From Utricularia gibba (Eukaryota; Plantae; Magnoliophyta), in assembly GCA_002189035.1 (NCBI GenBank), contig NEEC01000020.1:1860001-1924000 (forward strand): a stretch of DNA of 64,000 nucleotides, read 5' to 3'. Made by a program: the position numbers and the translations under genes. Positions 51,385 to 62,024 of this stretch are shown here, one piece after another (positions within the stretch are counted from its first letter, which is position 1; every line of letters starts with the position of its first letter). The notes below the pieces were generated by a model. The model saw only the letters and a list, made by a program, of their open reading frames with translations, ran no database searches and was not told the origin of the DNA.

Positions 51385-52050
51385 AGATGGGCATATCAGC
51401 ATTTATATAAATGGGTAAAGATGCTTTAATGCTATCTCCCAGGATACCAAAACTCGCTGTTACCCACATGTAACAATAGATGCAAGGATTGTTACATAAA
51501 ATCACTTTTTATTTGACTAACATTCATGTAAGGAGGACAATGTTTAAGCAATTTGCATCAAGCTTAAACTTCCTTCTTGCATACATTGGAACCCTCGAGG
51601 TGCAAAATATAATAAGAAGTACAAATTGATTGGAAACGTATTCAATCATGCGGATTATTTTTTCTCCGGCTACGGATCCCATACTACCCCCAAAATTGAA
51701 AATCCATACTCCCAATCGATATTAGAATACCATTTAATTGGCTGATGCATGTTCGAACAAATCTCTATCAAATATGTATTTATTTGATAAGAATCCATAT
51801 AATTTTTATAGGGATACTTTTTCTGTAAAAAATTTAAAACCAATGGGATCCCGTGAGACCATGTATTCATCCATAGGATTCTCAAGTGCTGGGGTCAATA
51901 AAAAATTTGATTCTTTCTGAATTGTTCATTATCAAACGATACCTTGATAGTTCACAAATATTCATTATTAAGTACAAAATTTTTTGTAATTTAATCCATA
52001 ATAATTTCCGCATTAAATCCACAGTTACATGTATTTTTGACTTGTATTGA
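51385..52050 (-). pseudogene. accD: NUPT: plastid accD central carboxyltransferase region, decayed
   Basis: QKY..LWI*CGNYYGLNYKKF (Zn finger), [36 protein letters not shown] and VTASFGILGD. Confidence 0.93.
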
Positions 52051-52617
52051 GATGATTAGATGTTTCTGTTAGAATTGAATCACTGATGTTTGATCGTGTT
52101 GGTATACGAGATCCTCCCTACCCTCGACAACCCATCATTTCTTTCAGTTTCGTTTGAAGTAGTGGGTTCTTTTTTAAGCATTTATGAATATTTAAAAATG
52201 TAGTAACTATGCTGCGGGATTATGAAAAAGAAGAAATCCGTTCTTCAACCTGGGGTTTTTGTTGTATTTTCAATTTTTCAAGTTGAACAATTTTCCAGTT
52301 CTTATGAAATCGATGATCTGTGAAACGTCTACACATGTTTGTTTTCAGCATTGGGTATCAGAGCAGGTTAACATCCGAGCGAATTTTAACAATGAAAAAT
52401 TTGTATTCAATCATGAAAAGTGTCAAAGAACAGTGATTACATTTATAAATAAGAATAAGTAAGGTGGTTATACATACACAAATCATGGTGGATTTTGTAA
52501 ACCATCCTTGACTTTGCGTTTCAATAGATATGATGATATCTTTTTCATATCTTCAAAGGATATAATAGGCATGTGTATTAACTAGGCCTTGGTATGAGTA
52601 AAATAATTTTAGATTAT

Positions 52618-54019
52618 TGATAACACACGAATTTTCCTATTATTAGAATAAGAAAATTATGCTTTTGAATCATGTTTTAAGTATCTATCTTATAGTTTTT
52701 AGTATTTTTACCAAATTTAGGACATAATGTGATTTTATGTGTTAATAGGCTAAATACTTTGATTTAGCCCATCTCATGTTATAAACATTTTTTCTAATCC
52801 AGCAGCAAAGTTCTAAAATCAGGGAGGAAACATGAATTTCGTGCATGTAGAGATTTGGAAGAATGAGCAGCATTAAAAGAGGAGACATAATGCACTGTTC
52901 AGCCGTCCACAGTCTGCAAGTTCAGGTCAGGAACAGTACAGATGTCAGGAACTGTAGACTGATTTTGAAAAATGGAAAAAAGATGTGAAGATATTTTTAG
53001 AAGGGGAGAAGGAAGAGAACGGGGACAGACTTGAGGAGGGGGTTTCTCCCCCAACCCCAACAGGACGAGTACTGAACCAAGGGAGGAGAAGAAGATCTTC
53101 ATCCTCAAGAACAGCATAAGAGCCCAGACAAGCGCTACTGTTCCAGCTAGGGAACAGTAGCAGACGGAAACTAGAACTCTTAATGCTTTATTTTCGTTTG
53201 TTGATATTTTTCAGTTTCTGCAATTAGCTCTTTCACGATGTTCTTGACATTTTCGTTGTTTTATACTAATGTTATCATGTTTTACCTTCAAAACATAAGT
53301 AACTAAATTCTAGAAGTGCCTTAAGGTGAAACATGGTGGTGTGGGTCTAGGAATCTTAATAAAATTTACCAATCTTTCTTAGCTCTTGTTTCTATCAAAC
53401 CATAGATAGACTTAAGGATGGGAACAAATAGCTTCACAACTTAGATGCTTGATTTAGAGGTAGACCAACAAATGAAGACGTGAGCAGTAGGTATTAGTTC
53501 AAAGTGGAACCAATAGAACCAGATAGATCTAGTTTTATATGCTTTGCATACAGGTATACCTAATTGAAATGTTGGTAATGATATGGGGGACTAGCTTATC
53601 CGAAAACATAGTGAATGACCTGGGTAGACTTAGGTTATTTGAAGTTATGAGTGTGGGAACATGGTAGATTAAGTTAGGGATTTTGATACTACACCACCTG
53701 CAGACCCTTAAGGCACCTTTGTATTATTTTGAGTCAGAACCGGTACTTATTACCTTAACGTTAAAACCTGATATTGTTTACTTATCTTGTTTACCGAACT
53801 TGTTGACCACTGTTGGTCCGAGCTTAGACTAAGACTTCTTGTTATCCCGAATTATGCATTTACTAAAACACTTAACAAGCACAAGTTCTTCGTGATCGAT
53901 CCCGATATCCACTATACAAATTTTCTAAATTTGTATTTTGTGTAGATTAGGGATTATAAATTTACTTGATAACGAAATTTCTATTTTTGCAATGACATTA
54001 GGAAAATTTCCGTTTATCA
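52618..54019 (+). mobile_element. Solo LTR (Athila family A, 1402 bp)
   Basis: TGATAACACACG...CCGTTTATCA with perfect TSD ATTAT. Same family as 3075-4468 and 17990-18704. Confidence 0.93.
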
Positions 54020-54044
54020 ATTATCAAATAACATTTATACTCCA

Positions 54045-56017
54045 TGTTGAGAACACATCAGTCTCCTTATTACTCCTTTCTTTATTTCTTACTTCAACTT
54101 TATTTCTCCACTGATTGTTTTCTTCAACACTGTCATGGAGAAATCACGTTCTGGCCCTCTTATATTTAATGGGCAGAATTATTTATGCTCATAACCTCTA
54201 TTTAATGGGCATAAGCAAAACCTGAAACAAAACAATTTTGTTTTAGTTTAATACCAAAGTGGACTTAAGGTTGTGCTGAACATGGGTGGACCGGCCCATT
54301 TGGGCTGAAGTGTTATTTAACCATTTTCATGAGAAGTTTTGCGAGATGCTAAAAAAGAGAAAAAGAAAAAGACAAAGCACACACGATACGTGAGAAGGGG
54401 TATCCTCAAGGGAGAGCATCCAACGATGTGGTGGGGAAGTTTGAAGATCTGTCCATCTACGAAAGCTTGCTGGTGAGACAACATTAGAACTGGAAACCTT
54501 AAGGAGGATTGCATAAGAAGTCCTTGAAAGAGAAGTAGGAAAAATTAATCTTCAAAGAGGAAACATTAACATAGTGGTCCCGAAAGAGGAAAGAGGAGCG
54601 TTGTGGAAACAAGAGGAAAATTGGGACGTTGATGAAAAGGATGCTTTTGTACCTGATCTGGCTAGAGAAGAAGAATAAGAAGAAACCAGACATTTGTTGG
54701 TTTCTTTATTTTATTTACTTCAGCAACTTGACCATATCTTGCACATGCTTTTTTTTTTTTTTTTGTTTAAGTTGAATGTTGTATGTTTTGTTGTTGCACA
54801 TTTTACTCCTTTTGGAAAAAAAAAGCATTTATTTCAGGATGTGCTTAGATTGACATGTTTTTTTCAAATTATTGAATGACTTTAATGACTGCAATTGGTT
54901 TTAACATTATTTGATATTTTTGGATTAGCATATACATTTAGTCAAAGCCCTAGTTTATTTCGTATTTTTACTGCATTCATAGTTAGTATGTGAATTAGTC
55001 TATTTACACACTGTTTCATTGCTTGGGCACTTAAGAACATCTTGTCTATATCTTTACTTAGTTTAGGACACACATATAGCTTAGAACTAAAAATACATTG
55101 CTTTTGTGGATCGATTTGTAGTTGTTATTATTATACTTATTTTCGTAAAATATTTATATATTGCGTGCTTGGTATATAAATATTTTAATAAAGAAAGATT
55201 TTATCACTTGTATCAATCCGAAAATTTTTCTTTCATCAAATGGTGCCATTGTCGGGGCCATGTGATTTTTAGTTTTCGTAGTTAATGTGTTTGTGTTCTT
55301 TTAGACAACAAAAGTAATTTGCACTACACAAATTTGAAAGAAGTATGAGTGGAGCCAAAATAGAGTGATTCATTAGTATACCATCCAAGCTAGACAAGAC
55401 TCATCTGAAGCTCGTGGATAGAAATGAACAAACACATGTACATGATCAAAGGAATACATGTAATACCTTGAGGAATAAGAAGGTATGCATTATTATTGCT
55501 TATTATACTATATTAACTTGATAATCAAACTATTTCCTTATCAAATCAGGGTAGACCAACCTAACTATCCATGAGGAGTAAGTGGTTATATGCATTATAA
55601 ACAACCTAACTATAGGTAAACCAAAAGTTAGGAAAATCGAGGATTTGGGTAGACTTGAATTCTTGTATTGTTAGAAAAATGATTATCAAATTGGGTAGTT
55701 AACTGTGGTAATAATCGTGTCACTCCTAGAAATCTCAAAGCATTGCATTACCTTATTATAGTTAATTTTTGAATTTTCCTATTATCTCTTTACTACATTT
55801 TATCGTAAACTTGTCTTACTCTTAACGTAAACTTAATCTTTTATCCGTAACACAAACTGAATGCATTGGTTTCACATAGCAAGCACCTAGCTTCTTGTAT
55901 TCGACCTTAGTCTACTATGCTCATATTTTTCGTATGATTGGATGTGAATTAAGTTTGTAAATTTATTTGATAAGAGATATTTACAATTTTAACGACATAT
56001 AAATTTTTCGTTTATCA
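54045..56017 (+). mobile_element. Athila-type LTR + PBS followed by a partial family-B LTR
   Basis: LTR-like segment ends TTTCATCA at 55238, then PBS-like TGGTGCCATTGTCGGGG at 55241-55257. Segment to 56017 ends TTCGTTTATCA and aligns with 46420-46559. Left edge is approximate. Confidence 0.65.
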
Positions 56018-58668
56018 GAGCAGTCCTGGAATCCACTAGGTATGTTGATTACCAATCTCTACATCAAACTGAAATTGAGGTTAGGGATAGGTTTCATCAT
56101 AGACATCTTTTGTGTGTCTTTGAAATCAACTTGCCTACGTGTGGTGAGTTATGCTATAAGTTCTATGCTACATCTAATTATTACATTTCTGCCAAAGTGG
56201 ACAAACCTAAGATTATTTGTTTTCGGTTATTAGGGGTTGAGAATAAATTGTCGTTAGTTGAATGGAATAAATTGTTAGATGTCATCACCCTTACGGGAAC
56301 TTAATTCCTTGAATTTCAAACTTCTTATTTCGATTTTTCATCAGAAAACGAGTGTGATCCCAGTGAAGTGCAAGAGATTTTGAATATTAGAGCTTTGCTT
56401 GCTGATGCGAAGTAGAGTGGGTAGGAAAAGGACAATCTCCTTGCATTGTTGACATTTAATTACCTACATTGCTATTCAATTATGTGGAGATTCCATGTTA
56501 ACTGACATGAACGTTAATTATGAAGATCACGGTCTCCCAATAGGTATCACATTTTTTCAAAAGCATTGGAATGAAGTAGAGGAAGAGAGGATACTACATG
56601 TTTGTGATTTCCCAATAGAAGAAAGGTGCGTACAAAGAGATTGTGCATGTGCCAATAGCAAAAGAAGTACTAGCTGTATAAATCACCTGTAACTAGAAAG
56701 GATCAATGAACAACATGTGAATTACTATTGCGATGAAAAAACTAAATAAAATGTTCAAATGCGAAAAGAAAATGATATAGAAACAGTGTTTGCTTGAAAT
56801 CACTTTTAGTTCTTCGCACTGAAAGAAAATGATATAGAAAATCGCTTGAAAATCATCTCCACCCCGCCTTGGGTATGCATTGAAAATATTTTTCTTTTTC
56901 TCAGTGTTCTTGACATTTGTAGGTACTCCCCTCCCCCTTCCATTTTTCAACTTTTTGACTATTGTCATTTATGTTTCCTTCCATATCCTTTTTTTCCACT
57001 GTTATTACATTTTTCAAAGATAATCTCTCTCTTTTTTCTTTGTTGCATGCCGCAATTTTATATGCAGAATTTGGAGATGCTTTGATGGAAAAAACTTGCG
57101 ACAAAACTCTTTAAATAGGATGTTAGAATCAAATATTGGCTAAATCGATGATTTAATCTATTTTAATAATAATAATATAAATTAAAAAATATCGAAAATT
57201 ATATTTAAAACATCTACTTTTATTACTAAATACATTAATTTTATAGGTTAACTAAAAAAACATGTATTATCATCTTTTTAATCAAAAATACAATCTTTGT
57301 TTTCTTTATTTTCCTTGATTTTATGCTTGTCAATAGGTGACATGATTTGACATTCTCCGTTCACTATATTCTTTAAATACATTTTCTTTGTCGAAAAATC
57401 ATTTTCATTGTGATAAACGAAAAATTTACACATATCGTGAATATGCAAATATTCCTATTAAATAAAATTTATAAACCTAATACACATCAAAACATAATAT
57501 AATTATGAGGATAGTATTTAGGGTCGAACATGAAGAGCAGGTGTTTGTTATATGATTGTCAATGTATACAATTAGTGTCACTTTGATAGATTTAATCTTA
57601 ATTAGGACTAAGTCAAACATACAATAAAATATATTAAAGAAAAGAAACAAACTTTTGAACTCGATTGTACCTAAGATGAGATGGGGTGGTGTCTTGGGAC
57701 TCTTAGAGTTAACATGCAAATTGTTACAACTATTTCTCCTAAATCATAAGTCATTCACATAACAAGCAAAGGTCTAAGTCTACTCAAATCTTTGTTTTCC
57801 CTAAATTTTAGTTTACCTCTAATTAAAGTTATTCTAGTGAGCTTCACTACTTACTTCTCGTGGATCTATTCTGATTTGTATAGAAATAATGTGACACTTG
57901 ATTGTTTTGATTTAGTGAACAACAAGCTTATTAACCCCCTCTACCCCAAAGCATCATTAGGTGTTTTAGCTACTCATGATAAAAGAAAATAAAGTGTTTT
58001 TATAATATAATTGAAGTAACATTTTGTTCTCAAAGTTAAATAACAACAAAGTAGCACATAACAGAAATAAAAATGGTAAATTGTTTATGCAATAAAGCTA
58101 GAATTGTTCTCAGCTAAGAATAATGTGCTCCTAGAACGGAAGAAATCTTCGAAGGTAACCTTGTTTTTCTCGATGGTCCTTCTTATTCTTTTAGGTGTTC
58201 TTGCTATGGGGAGATATTTTCTCATAAGTGTGTGTCCCCACTTCAATGGTCCTCTTCCCTCTTCTCTCTCCCATCATTTTTAAAAATAAAAGGGATCAAG
58301 TACCATACGTATGCATTTGTGAATTGTGATTTTTAGTGCTTTATATGATATTTTTCTACTCTTTTTATCTAATAACAAATTAAATAATATTAAATTAGCA
58401 AATTGAAAATAAAGGGGATCAAATATAGCATTATTATAAACAATGAAAACTAAATGTGCCATTCAAATAGTAGCGGACTAAATATATAATTTATTTAAAC
58501 CATGCAAATTAAAGTGAACGGTGGGAATGTATCATCCCATTTGATTTGAAGACTGATTTTTCGAAACAATGATTATTAAATATGTACTATATTTAAACAC
58601 TTCAGAATTCTTAAGGCAGTGTTTGTCACCTTAGATTTACACAGTAATGCAAAGTTTCTTTTATTGTT

Positions 58669-59132
58669 TGTTATGGTATGCACCACTTTTCTGTGGTGGG
58701 TCGTCTCATCCCAAAAAGTCCACTGAAGTAACCGCTTTGGCGTTATAAAGTCCCTGTTGCTGAATCAATGAAGAAGACGATAGGGGAACTCCAGGTTTCC
58801 TGAACCTGCTTCGATAGATCAGTGCACCCAAGAAAGAAGGGTGAATGGGGAAGAAGTTCTCTAAGGAAGTACTGATCGGTGAGCAGGAATTGTGAGACTT
58901 GGAGCACTGGCATTGATTCATTATTGTTGTAAACCTGTTCTTGGAACTATGAATGTTACTGTACTTCTGTAAACCATGATAGTGAAACGTCAGCCTCGTC
59001 TCGAGCACCTAAGGTTTTTCCCGAAATAGGTTTCCTCGCTAGAATTTCTTGTGTGTTGCCCATTTCATTTTCAGAGTTTTTCTCACAAGTTCGCCGATCG
59101 GCTTGGTGGTGTTCTTATAGATTGGTGTTACA
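58669..59132 (+). mobile_element. Small solo LTR (464 bp) just downstream of the decarboxylase stop codon
   Basis: TGTTATGG...GTGTTACA with perfect TSD TTGTT (58664-58668 and 59133-59137). Orientation is tentative. Confidence 0.85.
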
Positions 59133-59353
59133 TTGTTAGTATCCTATCATTTTCATAGTGAAAAGTAAATTGAGCGAAACTCCCAGTAGCTAGATACAAC
59201 CACCGGAAGATTTTGAAGAGTAAGGGAAATTAATGTGTTCATTGATGTCTAAATGCAGGCAAATCATTCAGATTCTTGGAATCGGATGAACATGATGAAA
59301 GTCATAACAATGGGAGCGCAAATGAACAAAGATGCTGATAAAACTTGATTCAC

Positions 59354-61813
59354 CTAATTCAATAGCTGAGAAGCCTTTTCATGAATTGTTTTCCAAGCTG
59401 CAACTACATGTCTTTCTTCTGTTAGTGGTGCTCCCACGGCGAATCGCAGTATGAATTTATTGGAGAGAACCTACAAATGGTTCAAACTTCCAATTTGTAA
59501 ACGACATACAAGTGAAGGAAAGCTAGCAGAACAAGATCATGGACATACAGTGTGGGAGATGAAGAGAGTCCCACTGGAGTTTACAGCATCCAACAGGCTG
59601 CGGTTTAGTTCATTTGCAAGGTGTTCTTTACCACCAGATGGCGGGCAAAGGCGAAAGCAGACTAGAGAGAATTTTCGTGGCACAACCACCTGCAGATCAA
59701 TACGTTCAAGGAATCATCGAACAATAAAAAGTCAGTAACAGGCCCTGTGATGAGATCCAATGAAAAGCACATGAAAACACCTCAAATCTTGGGTCTTGCT
59801 TCACAAGCTCCTCGAAGGTAATGGCCAATTTGATGTGATTCCTTATGTATGCCCGCAAGTTTTCGAGCCCATAAAGCCTCAAAACCATATACAACTTTAG
59901 AGATCTGGAATATAGGAGCATAAGTTCAATCACATGAGTGTCAAAGCTGACATTGAATCAACTCCCAACAAGCAATAAGGCAATAATAGTGGCTACAAGA
60001 AAGCTCAGTATGTCATAGACCTAAAACGCCGTCCCAAAGGTATTTGCCAGTCCTTGTAATCAACCACCTTATCATCTAGCGAAGCCTGATCAACAACCAA
60101 AAAAATTGTAATACGTGATAACCAAAAAATAAAAAAAAAAGCGAGAGAGAGAGAAGAAGAGAAGCCACTGATAATAACTTGCTTTGTTTTTTAGGTACTC
60201 GGGATTGGTTGATAATGACTGGATGAGAGCCCCTTTATCCTATTGAAAACATATCACACTTCAGAAATTTTAGTGCGTTCAGTTGAGTCTATCAAAGAGA
60301 TTAGACTACTTACTTTCACCCACAAGGCCGAGCAGTCGAAGTTGGTCAAAAACCACTTGTGTGCATTCATGTTGAAAGAGTCAGCCGCCTCAACTCCATG
60401 AATATAGTGATTCAATTCGGGGCAAATACAAGCACTCCCAGCATAGGCAGCATCCACATGGAGCCATATTTGATTAGCCTAAAATGCTCTCAAAACATTG
60501 AAATTACATTCCCACAAGCGGTTTTATAAAGATTGCAGTGCAGTTACACATAAGTTGCTTACCTTTGCAACCGTTGCAAGTTCACTCAGAGAGTCAACAG
60601 AACCTGATGATGTTGTTCCGACCTGCAAAAAATGAGCAAAAAGTTCAATCACGATGAAAAGAAGAAACATTTAATTAACTGAATCAATTTGCCTCCACTC
60701 AACTTACAGTAGCACACAGGAAGAAAGGGATTAAACCAGAGGCTATGTCATGCGAGATTGCATCACTGAGGGTTTTAGGTGACAAGGAATAATCTGTAGA
60801 AGAATCTGCTTCAAGAACTCGACAATTTTCCTCATAAATCCCTAGAATCTGCCATAAAAATGTGAATAATGAAGGTGTTTCTCACAAAGTTATCAACCAT
60901 CACTGTACCTTGCAGGCTTTCAGTAAACTAGAATGAGTCTGATCAGAGCTATAAGCCACGAGTTTGCCGATGGCATCTTTTCCAATTCTCTTAAGAACCT
61001 TATCGCGAGCAGCTATTAGCACAACTAAAACTGCTTCACTTGCAGTACCCTGTATTACTCCCCACCTCCTCCTGAGCATACAAGATGATCTTATCATTGA
61101 TAATAAATTTCATGATCACAAAATAAACATAAGCATTGACTTTCTGAGAGAATACCTGTAGACAGAAATTGGTTAGGAAGCTGAAGTGCTTTCCCCAGCC
61201 AATCGAGAACTATAGTTTCGAGTTCTGTAGCAGCAGGGGAAGCTATCCAACTAAATCCAACAATGTTTATGCCAGCACTTAGCATCTCCCCCAAGAATCC
61301 AGCCACACTACTATTGGATGGAAAATATGCAAAATAACCTGGGCTTTGCCAATGAGTCACTCCTGGCAATATTTTGTCTTTCACATCTATACACATAGAG
61401 TGTCCAAAATTTTAACAAGTTTTAGAAAGAATATCTTTAATAATTTGAAGACTTTATCTTTTCTACCATCCAAAACGCTTTGCAATGTTTCAGGGCGAGA
61501 TGGTGCAGCATCAGGGAGAAGTTCTCTCAGATATCCCGGCTAAAAATGCATACGCAAACTACCCATAAGCATCTGAGGAGTGTGGTAAGTTGTCCATTCA
61601 TTACAACAAAAAAATTAGTAAAAGAAAAACCTGGACTTGGCTTAGAACTGGAAAGGATTCTATGTTCTTGTAATAATCAGCAATGAAGTCCACCATCTTG
61701 TGGCCGTATTCCCTAAGCTGCTCTGAGTCCATTGGTTTCAATTCACCTTCCCTGTTACCCCGAAAGTGGAGGTCATCACTTAGCAATGACGAATAAGAGT
61801 AATCAACGTACAT
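59354..61813 (-). CDS. TYDC: Aromatic L-amino-acid (tyrosine/DOPA/phenylalanine) decarboxylase, group II PLP enzyme, intron-rich At2g20340-like clade; 13 exons; 486 aa if a 1-nt frameshift in exon 5 is corrected
   Basis: Exons (minus strand): 61813-61812 (AT), 61751-61631, 61539-61467, 61386-61156, 61071-60909, 60848-60708, 60622-60563, 60478-60314, 60239-60183, 60085-60021, 59904-59781, 59689-59549, 59470-59354 (TAG). All introns GT-AG except intron 9 (GC-AG). Motifs: [59 protein letters not shown]-lysine [36 protein letters not shown]. Summed exon length is 1460 nt; 1461 is needed. Confidence 0.93.
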
Positions 61814-62016
61814 GTTAAAGCTTCCCCGCAATTGTTGAGCGTCCATTGCCTTCAGCCACCCACGACGTTGCTGAGCGAGAATAAAGCAGCAAAAACGAAT
61901 GAGGATGAGAAATCCAAATCAACTCCATTCCGAATATCTCCATCAAGAAGGCCAATTTTTTTTTTGGTTCTTTTCCACTTTTGTGAACTTTTTTCTTTAT
62001 TGATAAATTCGATTTC

Positions 62017-62024
62017 TATATAAA
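62017..62024 (-). promoter_or_regulatory. Candidate TATA box of the decarboxylase gene
   Basis: Minus strand TTTATATAGAA about 170-200 nt upstream of the start codons, followed by a purine-rich 5'UTR-like tract. The background is AT-rich, so support is weak. Confidence 0.4.

Noticed and set aside
52345-52372. tRNA-Met PBS-like GGTATCAGAGCAGG
   Set aside because: Isolated motif with no associated LTR pair or ORF that I could delimit.
59354-61813. Annotation as tryptophan decarboxylase or aromatic aldehyde synthase
   Set aside because: Classical TDC/Papaver-type TyDC genes are intronless, whereas this is the multi-intron clade. Tyr rather than Phe in NPEYLKNK argues against an aldehyde synthase. 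Substrate cannot be fixed from sequence alone.
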